Source of the DNA: a virus
Taxonomy: Duplodnaviria > Caudoviricetes
IMG/VR virus record: IMGVR_UViG_3300020325_000019
Span: 1-55,116 of that record
Length of the DNA stretch: 55,116 nucleotides
Strand: one strand, 5' to 3'
Position 1 is the stretch's first letter. Each line of letters starts with the position of its first letter. Below are positions 16,283-26,422 of the stretch, one piece after another. The notes beneath the pieces were generated by a model. The model did not search any database. It was given only the letters and a program-made list of their open reading frames with translations, and was not told where the DNA came from. Made by a program: the position numbers and the translations under genes.

Positions 16283-18043
16283 ATGGCGGCTATTATTTCA
16301 GAAAAGTTTAGAATTTTCAATGCGAAACAATTTCTAGAATCTTTGGGTGAAGGTGCTAATGACGCCGACACGGATAGAACTAGAATGTACTTCTTTGTTG
16401 GAAGATCTTCAAGGTGGGATTCTTACTTGGAAATTTTCACGGTAAACAATTCTTTCCAAGTTGGAGAAACTGTAAGTGGTGGTGGATGGAGTGGCACCGT
16501 TGCTGAAGTCCATAGTAATAGTTTGCTACTTAATAGTATTCTACCAACTCCAACCTCAGCACCAGCATTTGGTACTACTATTACTGGAGGCACGTCTGGA
16601 GCAACTGCTAAATCTGGTGTATACAGATATGCAACCGAAGAAGCACCTCCAGCACCTCTAGATAATCAATCCGAAAGAAAGGACATCTTTGATGAATTGA
16701 TTGCTGCCAAGCGTATTACGTCCCCATTTGCACGTCTTGTAGTTCCTCGTTACAACTGGAACCTGACGTTGAATCCAAAATTTGATATGTATCGCCCAAA
16801 TTATTCACCAACTCCTGGTGGTGGCGGTGCTATTGGTAAGCAAACCGCTCTTGGTTCCACAGCACTTTCTGGTTCTAAGTTTTATGTCATGAACTCTCAA
16901 TATGAAGTGTTTAAGTGCCTATACAATGGAGAAACTCCTGGTTTCCCAACTGGACAAAATGCAACTTATGAACCATCTTCACAACCAGTAGGTGGACAAG
17001 GAACGTTTGCTGGTGGAATTTACAAAGAACCATCAGGAACAGCTGGTTACATTTGGAAACATATGTTTACCTTGACTACAGGTGACGTTTTGAATTTCCT
17101 ATCTTCTGATTTTATGCCTATTGCTGCAGCAGGCGAGGCATCCAGAACTACCGTAGAAGCAGCTGCAGTTGATGGGTCAGTGGATGTTGTTCTTGTAAAA
17201 GATGCGGGAAGCGGATTGCCAACTAGCGCAACTTTATATTCTGCAATTCATGGAGATGGATCAAATGCTGTTGTTAAATTTACGACAGATGGTAGTGGTG
17301 GTCTAGTTACTGCGGAAATTGAATCTGCTGGTTCTGGGTATACATATGGCAATGTAGTTCTAGAAACAGGTAAAGTATTTTTGGATTCTGCATTATCATC
17401 AGCTGCTCCTGCATTTACGGGTGAAGCAGCAATTGAAGTTATTATTTCTCCACGTGGTGGTCATGGATCACATGCTGAAGATGAATTCTTTGCAAAAAGA
17501 GTTATGACGAGTATTCGTCTTACATATGATGAAGGTCAGGGTGACTTCCCAGTAGATAATGATTTCCGTCGTATTGGTATTATCCAAGACCCATACGAGT
17601 ATGGTTCTACAACATTTGCTTCTGCTGGCACTCTTCGTGGAACAAAAGTTGCAAAGATCAATGGTGCTACAGCAGATTATGTTGTGGATGAAATGATTAC
17701 ACAAACAGTTGCTGGCGGAACTGCAAAAGGAACTGTTGTCTCATGGGATTCCACTAATGGTATTCTGAAGTACTTCCAATCACCTTCTCTACATACAGAT
17801 AGCGGCGTTGTAAGAGCGTTTGAATCTGATGCGTCAAATAGTGTAGACGGTGCTATTTCTACTGCTTCAGGGACTGTAGACACGACACAGAGTACTCCTC
17901 TTGCTGATATTTCCTTTACTGGCGGACTAGCGTCACCAGAAATTGAACCAAACTCTGGAGAGGTCGTATACATAGAGAATAGAAGACAGATTACTAGAGC
18001 TCCTGACCAAATCGAGGACATCAAACTAGTAATTGAATTCTAA
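16283..18043 (+). CDS. gp8: baseplate wedge subunit gp8
   Basis: MAAIISEKFRIFNAKQF...FYVMNSQYEVFKCLYN...GYIWKHMFT...NDFRRIGIIQDP...SGEVVYIENR..ITR..DQIEDIKLVIEF. Confidence 0.92.
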   Translation: MAAIISEKFRIFNAKQFLESLGEGANDADTDRTRMYFFVGRSSRWDSYLEIFTVNNSFQVGETVSGGGWSGTVAEVHSNSLLLNSILPTPTSAPAFGTTITGGTSGATAKSGVYRYATEEAPPAPLDNQSERKDIFDELIAAKRITSPFARLVVPRYNWNLTLNPKFDMYRPNYSPTPGGGGAIGKQTALGSTALSGSKFYVMNSQYEVFKCLYNGETPGFPTGQNATYEPSSQPVGGQGTFAGGIYKEPSGTAGYIWKHMFTLTTGDVLNFLSSDFMPIAAAGEASRTTVEAAAVDGSVDVVLVKDAGSGLPTSATLYSAIHGDGSNAVVKFTTDGSGGLVTAEIESAGSGYTYGNVVLETGKVFLDSALSSAAPAFTGEAAIEVIISPRGGHGSHAEDEFFAKRVMTSIRLTYDEGQGDFPVDNDFRRIGIIQDPYEYGSTTFASAGTLRGTKVAKINGATADYVVDEMITQTVAGGTAKGTVVSWDSTNGILKYFQSPSLHTDSGVVRAFESDASNSVDGAISTASGTVDTTQSTPLADISFTGGLASPEIEPNSGEVVYIENRRQITRAPDQIEDIKLVIEF

Positions 18044-18072
18044 TTAACACTAGTTAGAAACGACGGTTTGAG

Positions 18073-21000
18073 ATGCCCCAAAAGACGAACCTTAACGTAG
18101 ATCCATACTACGACAATTTCGACCAGGATAAAAATTTTTATAAGATGCTCTTTCGACCTGGATACTCTATCCAGGCGAGAGAGTTAACGCAGCTTCAGTC
18201 GATTCTTCAAAATCAAATTGAGCAATTTGGCAAGTATGCTTTTAAACAAGGTGAACTTGTAATTCCAGGAGAAGTTGGTCTTAATACAAAATTACATTTT
18301 GTAAAATTATCTTCTGTTTCAGAGATTCCTGTAAACCAAGATGGTCAGGTGGTTTACAAGAAGTATGATATTAGGGAACTTAAAGGGCAAAAAATCAGAG
18401 GTTTGACTTCAGGAGTCATTGGCACTATTGTCGATGCTTCTATTGCTTCTGAAACAGAATCTGACGTAGTTTTTGTTAACTACACAAACAGTGGTGATTC
18501 TGGTAATGAAGATACTTTTAGGCAAGGAGAAACACTAGAAGTAGTAGATGGTATCAATACTCCACTTTTAGTTGTGGGAACTGATGGAAGTGTTCTCCCT
18601 ACAAGTATTCAAGTTACAAATCCAGATACTCTAGAAGTAACTTCTTTAGAAAGTCCTGCTATGGGATATGCTTCTGCAGTTCAGGTAGAAGAAGGTATTT
18701 ACTTTGTTAATGGATATTTTGTTAGAAATTCAGAGCAACTTCTGATTGTTAACAAATATTATGACAGACCATCAGCAAAAGTCGGATTTAAAATTAGTGA
18801 AAGTGTTGTCACCCCAGAAGAAGATGAATCTTTGTATGACAATGCTATTGGATCTAGCAACTATACTGCTCCAGGAGCACATAGATTAAGAATTTCGTTG
18901 GATCTTGTCAAGTATGACTTGGATCAGACAACAGATAAAAACTTCATTCAACTACTGTCCATCAGAAGTGGTTCTGTACAGAAGCAAGTAATACAAACTG
19001 ACTACAGTTTATTAGAGCAAACTCTAGCAAGAAGAACATTTGATGAGTCGGGTGATTACGTAGTCGATAACTTCTCTTTAGATGTTAGAGAATACTATCA
19101 AGAGAATGGCAACCTTGGTGTATATTCTGAAGATGAGTTTGGTTTAATTAATGGTATTTCCGAATCTGATGCTAAGCAAAAATTGGTTGCTAGTGTTGGT
19201 CCTGGAAAAGCATATATTAAGGGATATGAAATTGTAAATAAAGAAACAAAATACCTTGATGTAAACAAAGCAAGACAAACTCTTAACCGCGAAGATATTC
19301 GGTTAAAAACACAAGGTTTACCAACTTATAAAATTACAAATACGTTTGGTTCAATTCCTTTAAATTCGGAAGGTTCTGAGTTAACGGCATATCCAAACAT
19401 CTTTATTTGTTCAACATTTAACGATGGATCTATTGGTCTTAATAATACAGAAGGTTCTACTGACTTCAAACAAACTCTGTCTCGCAGAGGATTGATTCTT
19501 GACGAAAATTCTGGTGTGAAAACTATCTACATTAATGTAGATACATCATATGCAAATACGTTCTCTACGTTAACTGATTCTAATTTTGAATCTGAAATTG
19601 GAACTATTTGGTTTGTACAAACAAGAACAGATGCTGGAGAACCATCTATTGCAAATTCTGTGTCTTCAATTGCATTTTCTAAAGTAAATCGAGTCGAAGT
19701 AAACCCATCAACTGGAGTTACATATCTCGAATTAACTATTACTGGTGCAAAGAATTTGCTTGATCAGTATTTCCTTGAGTATGATTCAAGTTCCCCATCT
19801 GGTTATAGAGAAGTTTATCTCTCTGAGAATGATGCAAAAAATCCAGCTTCAACTCCTTTTGGAACAATTGTAGATTACAACGAAACTATTACTCCTGTTA
19901 TTGGAACTATTAAACCGAGTAATTTTACTTTCATTGAAAGAGGATCGGGTTTCAATGCAGACACAGATGTTGTCTTATCTAAAGGAAGGCAAGAAAACGG
20001 CAGTCCAGTTTATAATACCACTTTTGGTTTGTCGTATTTTGATCCACAGTTCTTTACTAAAATTCTTTTGGACGAAAGAATTACTGTGGTTGATAGTTTT
20101 ACCCCTGGACAATATGTTTATGGGTTGGAAAGTGGTGCATATGGTGTTGTAGAAGGTTCTTCAACTGGAACGTTTACAACAACCAAAACATTGATGGTCA
20201 AAACTTTATTTGGCAATTTTAAGTCAGGTGAAGCAATTAGAGATGAAAATAACAATACTTTAAGAATTGCAAAAGATAATACTATCTCTCACTTTGTTGT
20301 CAATAATAGAGGTAGCAATTACGTACAATCTTCAAAGTTAAGGATTGATGGTGTAGAATTCGATTCTTCAAAAATTACACTAAACATTTCTGGTGGTGGA
20401 TCTATTGTTTCTGCGACTGTTTCAAATAGAGAACTTGTAGACACTGAGTATTCAAAACCACCTTTAGTAGAAGTTATTCAAGGTCAAGGTGGAGGAACAC
20501 CCAATGCTTCTGTAATTACTCCAATTCTTGTACGAAATTCTGTAACCACGTACACACCACAAAATGCAAAGTCATTCTTCTGTAATTATGGTTCTGGAAA
20601 TTCAAATACATTTACTTCAGATATTGAGGTAAATAAAGAGAAATATTCAGAAATCGTTTCAGTAACAGATTTTACATTCAGTGGAGATGCTGGAAGAAAA
20701 TATATCGAATGTAATGGATTTGGTGGAGATGCTTCTAAATTCCTACAGCAGGGAGATTTGGTTCAATTCAGTACAACTTCAGATGTTATCATTAGATGTA
20801 TTGTACAGCAAGCAACTAGACCAGCTGGTGTATTAAAATCGAGAATTTACTTTGACAGATCTTTACCAGCAGATGTAAGTAATGCTAGTGTAGTAAGAGT
20901 TAGACCATCTATTGATAACTTCAATAGCGGCACGTTACTTTATAAAACTGGCACATCTCAAGTAAGTTCTATCGTTGCAGATAGCGAAGATTCTAAGATT

Positions 21001-24000
21001 GTTTATTATCAAAGACGAGATTTTGTTAGCACTGGTGCTGGTGGTCAAGGTGTAATTACATTTGCTGCTCAACTTCCATTTGGCACCCAAAGATTTGTTT
21101 CTTTTGACGAGAGTAATTTCTTAGTTACTGTTTTAGATCCAGGAGATGCTCCAGACATTACTGGTGGTGATATCATTTACATTACTAGCTCTCAAGTAAC
21201 AATTAAAGCGTCTACAGATTCTGCCAGTGGTTTAACTTCAGGTAGTGTTAAATTGAATCTTCCTGCAGATTATTTTGGATCTATTCCTACTGGTGGAATT
21301 TATCCAACGCTAAAATTAACAGCAACTTTAGAGGTTAAAAAAGCAAAACCAAGATTAAAAACTTCAGTAGTTAATAGAAGAATTGTTGTTGATTCTGCAG
21401 GTGATAGAGTAATTCCTCTGCGAGGAAGAGATTATGATTCAGAAGATCTGTCTGTATACAGCTATGCTGATGTATACAAGCTTCATTATGTTTATGAAGG
21501 ATCACCATCAGAACCACCAACTGTGGATAGAAATGGTAACTTAGTAAGTGGTACTGATATATCTAACAGATTTACATTTGATGATGGACAGAGAGATACA
21601 ATTTATGATATCTCAAGAATTGTATTGAAACCTGGGTTTGAATCTCCAACAGGACAATTGGTAGTTGCGTTTAATTATTTTGAGCACACCCAAGGAGATT
21701 TCTGCACAGTGGATTCATATCTACATGAGGCAGGAGTAGGACCAGAAGATATTCCATCTTATAATTCTCCAGCACTAGGAAAAGTATCACTAAAAGATGT
21801 TCTTGATTTTAGACCAAAAGTAGATAATGATTCTATTATTTCTGGTTTCCAAAATAATTCTCTACTAGGATCTTCTAATACAAGATCATTTACTGGTACT
21901 GGTGGTATTGTTTCAAGCACACCAGCTCCAGATAAAAATCTAGAATTTACTTTCTCGTTCACACAATCACAATATCTAGATCGTATTGATGGCGTATTCC
22001 TTAATAAGAAAGGACAATTTATTGTTAAGGAAGGAAACTCTTCTTTAAATCCATCTCGACCAGATCCAATTAATGATGCTATTCCTTTATACTACATGTA
22101 TATTCCTGCTTTTACACAAAGCAGTAAAGATGTAAGGATAACACCTATCGACAATCGTCGATATACAATGAAAGATATTGGAAAACTTGAGAAGCGTATT
22201 GACAGATTAGAATACTACACTACTTTGAGTATCTTAGAACAACAAGCATTAAATATGCAAGTCACTGATGCTGTTGGAATGAATAGATTCAAGAGTGGAT
22301 TTATTGTTGATAATTTTGAAACTCATAGAATAGGTTCATTGCGATCTCTCGACTATAAGTGTTCTATTGATACACAACAGTCAGTAATGAGACCACAATC
22401 AAGGGAAGATTCTTTTGATTTGGTTGAAGTAAATACCAGAAATGATCAGAGATCTATTGACGGATATCAAAGATCTGGTGATTTTGTCACTTTACCATAT
22501 ACAGAATTAGAACTTCTTGGCAATTCATTTGCAACCAAGACAATTAACCCAAATCCATTTGTTGTTCTCCAGTACGTTGGAGATTCTTTCTTGTCTCCAA
22601 ATGTAGATTCCTGGTATGATGATACTGTTGCTCCTTTAGTAACTGATAATAATACAAATCTGTATTCAATCTTCTTAGCAAAAGACAATATTAATGATGC
22701 TTTTACAAGTTTACATAACTCATATAAAGTAAACTGGTTGGGTGTTGATAGAGCATTCTTTAATATCGGATCTTTTTCTGATATCAATAGCAGCATTGCA
22801 GATTCTAGTGTAACTACTGCATCTGTGGGATCCTCTTCAAATATCAGTCCTGAAAATAATGAGATTGGTAAAGGATTGAATACGAGGGGTGTTGGTTCCA
22901 ATGTAGTTTCAACATCACTATCTTTCTTTGCAAGAAGTGTTCCAGTACAATTTACTATCAATAGATTAAAACCAAACACCAGAGTGTTTGTCTTTATGGA
23001 AGGGCAAGACATTTCTCGTTGGGTAAATCCAGATTTTAAATATACTGGTATTGCTGGAAATTCCTTGTCGGCATTCAACGGAAATATCACTACTGATGAA
23101 AATGGAAATGCTAGCGGAATTATTCTAATTCCTGCAGGAAAACCACCAAGAGAAAATGCTGTTTGGACTGGAAGTGTTGATACAGTATCATATGATTCTG
23201 ATGCAAATGAAGTAAGATTTACTACAGGAACGAAGACAATTAGATTCACATCTAGTTCAACTGATGCACCAAAAGAAGATGTAGATTCTTATGCAGAAGT
23301 CAAGTACTATGCATCTGGATTACTTCCAGAGAATCCAGCATCTATTATCTCAACTTCACCAGCATACTTCAAAGCAAACGAAGGAACACAAACTACGGAT
23401 AGCAATACAGACAATCCAGTAAAACCAAATCCTTTGGCACAAACATTTAATGTCGAGGGATTTGATGGTGGTTTATTTGCTACTAGTTTGGATCTTTACT
23501 TTGCCAAGAAGAGCAGTACTATTCCGATTAGAGTATATCTAACCGATGTTGATAATGGCAAACCAGGGAAAAATATAATTCCTGGAACTCAAAAAGTAAT
23601 TAATCCTAGTACTTATCTACGTGTAATTGCTAGCGACACTTTAACTGTTACAAGAGAAGAAGAAATAACAGGGGTATCTTCAAACGCATCTGGTCCAATA
23701 GACAGAGTGTTTGATAAAAATGGAATAGAATTGACTGCATCAACTGCTGGTAAGTTTACTCTAACCAGTGATCAAGTTTATACTCTTGTTCTCAGCAATC
23801 ATAACGGAACTTCATTCCAACAAGATGAGGGATTGAATGTTCCATCATTGGTAGTAGCAAACAATACTTCCAATACAAACACTACTCTTAAAATTGTAAA
23901 AGATTCTGGTAGAGTTACTGATTTAAAAGTTAAGAATACAGGATCTGGTTATGATTCTGCAATTCTTACAATTGAAAGTCCTCAACTTCCTGGTGGAGGA

Positions 24001-26199
24001 AATTCCACTGCAACTGTAAGAGTTTCTGGTGGTAAAGTTTACCATACAGAGATTGTTCTTTCTGGATCAGAATACACTGAACCACCAGCAGTTGTTCTTC
24101 GTGGTACAGGCACTGGAAATGCTGGTGCAGAAATTGAATCATTTATTACTATTGATACTCCAGCAGTTCGTATGGGAATTGCTGTTGATGGAGAAACAGG
24201 AACTAAATCCATTACTCCAACCAAATTTAAGTTTGATTATCCAGTATATTTGCAAAATGATACTGAATATGCAGTTGCAATTGAAACTGACTCAAGTGAT
24301 TATGAAATTTGGGCATCTGCTTTAGGTGAGACAGAAATTGCTACTAGCACTACTGTAACCACACAACCACTTCTAGGATCATTGTTTAGATCACAAAACA
24401 CCAGTTCCTGGACAGAAGATCTATTTGAAGATGTTAAATTTAAATTGCATCGTGCAGAATTTGATATTTCCAGAACAGCGTCTTTACATTTAACTAATTC
24501 TAATCTGGGATACGAAAAATTAGATTTAAACCCCATTGAAACTAATGCAAGTTCTAATACTACTGCAACATCAAAACTATTCAAAAACAATAATTTTGTT
24601 GTAAAAGTTTTACATAAGGATAATGGATTTGACTCCAATGAAAAATCATATGTTTTCTTCCGAGGATGTGAAGACGTTGGTGGAGTAACCGCGTCTCAAT
24701 TAAATTCTAGATTGTTTGAAGTAACAAATACTGGTATTGATTATTATAATATTACATCTTCATCCAGAGCATCTGCAAATGCATTTGGTGGTGGATCTAC
24801 TGTAATGGCATCTTACAATAGAAAGTTTGAAAAGTTATATGCTTTAATTCCAAACTTATCTTTTAGTCAAACACAAATTAATTCGTTTGTCAAGACAACT
24901 AATGTATCTCCAGTAGATGATGATGTAAATACTTATTCTTCGTATTCACAATCTGAATATGAAAAAACTTTCTTGAATGAAGATTTCTTCTTTATCAACC
25001 AAAAAATATTAGCGTCCAGAGTAAATGAAATTATTAATAACATTGATAGGTCTTTGACATATAAACTTGATATGTCTAGTACTGTTTCATATTTGTCGCC
25101 AATCATTGATCTTTCAAAAGCATCTGTAAAAACAATTTCAAATAAGGTTGAATCTGCTGATGGTCGCGAAGATCGCTTTGGTCGTAGAAATCAAGTATTG
25201 AAATTCTATCCAGTTTATACATTCCTTGTAGAAGGGGTTGATACAGAAAATGGTGAAGCAATTTCAACAGGACAATCTATCACTGGTCAAACAACAAAAG
25301 CATCTGGACAGATTACAAAAGTTTCGGGAACTACAGTATGGGTCAAGTTAAAAACAACCAATGCTTTTACTCCAAATGAGTTGCTAACATTTGAATCTGA
25401 TACTTTTAACGGAACTCCATCTGTATCTACATCTGGAGCATCCCAGGTAATATTTGAAATTCCAAATTCTATATCTCCACCATCATATGTAACAGCAAGA
25501 AATCCATCTGTCTTAGCACAAACGTATGATAATAAGATCAATGGAAAAATTGTTCTATGGAATCAGAAGAAAGGTATTTTGACAGTTGTGAATGACAAGC
25601 AACCTATCTCCAATGATTACAATAGTGCTATTGTGGAGGGAGCAGAGTTTACCAGAAATGCTTCGGTTGATTCTCAAGATTCTGATATCTTTAGGGTAGG
25701 AGATATTTTATCTTATGCAGATCAACCAACTGACGAATATGAATTTATTGAAGTTTCTGAGGTATCTTATGAAACTGGTATTGATTTTATCTCAGATCTG
25801 CAATCAAAGAATAGTTCAAGTATTGCAAAATATGTTACCAAAGAAGTTTCTATCAACAACCCTGGAACATCTATCAATGTAAAGACAACCGTCAATACTA
25901 GTGATATTGAAAACATCAAAATTCTCTATAGAATTAAGAAGTCATCTTCTCAAGAAAACTTTGAAGATATTGAATGGAATTATTTCAACGAAACTGGAAA
26001 TCCAGATCATGATGTAATCGCTACTTCAGAAAATTCTATTAGTGCTATTACAGAGAAGCAATCTTCATATCAAGAACTTTCTTATAGTGTAGAAGACCTA
26101 CCAGAGTTTTCATCTTTTGCTATTAAGATTGTTATGAAATCAAGCAATCCCGCATTTGTTCCAAAAGTTCAAGATTTGAGAGTGGTTGCATCTTATTAA
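18073..26199 (+). CDS. vrlC: VrlC-like / DUF4815 large virion structural protein (2708 aa)
   Basis: MPQKTNLNVDPYYDNFD..KNFYKMLFRPGYSIQARELTQLQSILQNQIE, APGAHRL, LARRTFDESGDY, RYTMKDIGKLEKRI..LEYYT.LS, PLAQTF; follows gp8 as in cyanomyophages. Confidence 0.85.
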   Translation: MPQKTNLNVDPYYDNFDQDKNFYKMLFRPGYSIQARELTQLQSILQNQIEQFGKYAFKQGELVIPGEVGLNTKLHFVKLSSVSEIPVNQDGQVVYKKYDIRELKGQKIRGLTSGVIGTIVDASIASETESDVVFVNYTNSGDSGNEDTFRQGETLEVVDGINTPLLVVGTDGSVLPTSIQVTNPDTLEVTSLESPAMGYASAVQVEEGIYFVNGYFVRNSEQLLIVNKYYDRPSAKVGFKISESVVTPEEDESLYDNAIGSSNYTAPGAHRLRISLDLVKYDLDQTTDKNFIQLLSIRSGSVQKQVIQTDYSLLEQTLARRTFDESGDYVVDNFSLDVREYYQENGNLGVYSEDEFGLINGISESDAKQKLVASVGPGKAYIKGYEIVNKETKYLDVNKARQTLNREDIRLKTQGLPTYKITNTFGSIPLNSEGSELTAYPNIFICSTFNDGSIGLNNTEGSTDFKQTLSRRGLILDENSGVKTIYINVDTSYANTFSTLTDSNFESEIGTIWFVQTRTDAGEPSIANSVSSIAFSKVNRVEVNPSTGVTYLELTITGAKNLLDQYFLEYDSSSPSGYREVYLSENDAKNPASTPFGTIVDYNETITPVIGTIKPSNFTFIERGSGFNADTDVVLSKGRQENGSPVYNTTFGLSYFDPQFFTKILLDERITVVDSFTPGQYVYGLESGAYGVVEGSSTGTFTTTKTLMVKTLFGNFKSGEAIRDENNNTLRIAKDNTISHFVVNNRGSNYVQSSKLRIDGVEFDSSKITLNISGGGSIVSATVSNRELVDTEYSKPPLVEVIQGQGGGTPNASVITPILVRNSVTTYTPQNAKSFFCNYGSGNSNTFTSDIEVNKEKYSEIVSVTDFTFSGDAGRKYIECNGFGGDASKFLQQGDLVQFSTTSDVIIRCIVQQATRPAGVLKSRIYFDRSLPADVSNASVVRVRPSIDNFNSGTLLYKTGTSQVSSIVADSEDSKIVYYQRRDFVSTGAGGQGVITFAAQLPFGTQRFVSFDESNFLVTVLDPGDAPDITGGDIIYITSSQVTIKASTDSASGLTSGSVKLNLPADYFGSIPTGGIYPTLKLTATLEVKKAKPRLKTSVVNRRIVVDSAGDRVIPLRGRDYDSEDLSVYSYADVYKLHYVYEGSPSEPPTVDRNGNLVSGTDISNRFTFDDGQRDTIYDISRIVLKPGFESPTGQLVVAFNYFEHTQGDFCTVDSYLHEAGVGPEDIPSYNSPALGKVSLKDVLDFRPKVDNDSIISGFQNNSLLGSSNTRSFTGTGGIVSSTPAPDKNLEFTFSFTQSQYLDRIDGVFLNKKGQFIVKEGNSSLNPSRPDPINDAIPLYYMYIPAFTQSSKDVRITPIDNRRYTMKDIGKLEKRIDRLEYYTTLSILEQQALNMQVTDAVGMNRFKSGFIVDNFETHRIGSLRSLDYKCSIDTQQSVMRPQSREDSFDLVEVNTRNDQRSIDGYQRSGDFVTLPYTELELLGNSFATKTINPNPFVVLQYVGDSFLSPNVDSWYDDTVAPLVTDNNTNLYSIFLAKDNINDAFTSLHNSYKVNWLGVDRAFFNIGSFSDINSSIADSSVTTASVGSSSNISPENNEIGKGLNTRGVGSNVVSTSLSFFARSVPVQFTINRLKPNTRVFVFMEGQDISRWVNPDFKYTGIAGNSLSAFNGNITTDENGNASGIILIPAGKPPRENAVWTGSVDTVSYDSDANEVRFTTGTKTIRFTSSSTDAPKEDVDSYAEVKYYASGLLPENPASIISTSPAYFKANEGTQTTDSNTDNPVKPNPLAQTFNVEGFDGGLFATSLDLYFAKKSSTIPIRVYLTDVDNGKPGKNIIPGTQKVINPSTYLRVIASDTLTVTREEEITGVSSNASGPIDRVFDKNGIELTASTAGKFTLTSDQVYTLVLSNHNGTSFQQDEGLNVPSLVVANNTSNTNTTLKIVKDSGRVTDLKVKNTGSGYDSAILTIESPQLPGGGNSTATVRVSGGKVYHTEIVLSGSEYTEPPAVVLRGTGTGNAGAEIESFITIDTPAVRMGIAVDGETGTKSITPTKFKFDYPVYLQNDTEYAVAIETDSSDYEIWASALGETEIATSTTVTTQPLLGSLFRSQNTSSWTEDLFEDVKFKLHRAEFDISRTASLHLTNSNLGYEKLDLNPIETNASSNTTATSKLFKNNNFVVKVLHKDNGFDSNEKSYVFFRGCEDVGGVTASQLNSRLFEVTNTGIDYYNITSSSRASANAFGGGSTVMASYNRKFEKLYALIPNLSFSQTQINSFVKTTNVSPVDDDVNTYSSYSQSEYEKTFLNEDFFFINQKILASRVNEIINNIDRSLTYKLDMSSTVSYLSPIIDLSKASVKTISNKVESADGREDRFGRRNQVLKFYPVYTFLVEGVDTENGEAISTGQSITGQTTKASGQITKVSGTTVWVKLKTTNAFTPNELLTFESDTFNGTPSVSTSGASQVIFEIPNSISPPSYVTARNPSVLAQTYDNKINGKIVLWNQKKGILTVVNDKQPISNDYNSAIVEGAEFTRNASVDSQDSDIFRVGDILSYADQPTDEYEFIEVSEVSYETGIDFISDLQSKNSSSIAKYVTKEVSINNPGTSINVKTTVNTSDIENIKILYRIKKSSSQENFEDIEWNYFNETGNPDHDVIATSENSISAITEKQSSYQELSYSVEDLPEFSSFAIKIVMKSSNPAFVPKVQDLRVVASY

Positions 26200-26200
26200 T

Positions 26201-26422
26201 ATGAAACAAATTAAAGTGAAAAATGAAGATTACCTGTATCGTGATGTTGATACAGGTGCTATCATAAATACTGACAGATCAGCATTTGAGAAGCACAAAA
26301 AATCCAGAAGTAAGTTTCGCAATATGGAACAAGAACTGGATTATGTAAAGAGTGAAATTAGTGAGATCAAATCCCTTTTACACCAGTTAATTAATACCAA
26401 TGGTACTCAGGAACGTAGCTAA
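26201..26422 (+). CDS. small conserved hypothetical protein (73 aa)
   Basis: MKQIKVKNEDYLYRDVDTGAIINTD followed by a coiled coil; ATG 26201 lies just after the VrlC-like stop. Confidence 0.8.
   Translation: MKQIKVKNEDYLYRDVDTGAIINTDRSAFEKHKKSRSKFRNMEQELDYVKSEISEIKSLLHQLINTNGTQERS
26263..26270 (+). promoter_or_regulatory. late promoter variant (CATAAATA), intragenic
   Basis: Inside the small ORF, 130 nt upstream of the fibre gene at 26400. Confidence 0.45.

Noticed and set aside
22467-23249. 260-aa minus-strand ORF, and the many other antisense ORFs within structural genes (e.g. 44634..45419)
   Set aside because: Antisense shadows of long genes; no SD, promoter or motif support, and the whole region is + strand.
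6847-26199. Inteins or introns explaining the very large gp7-like and VrlC-like genes
   Set aside because: No intein splice-junction or LAGLIDADG motifs recognised and no frame interruptions; size is explained by repeats and inserted domains.
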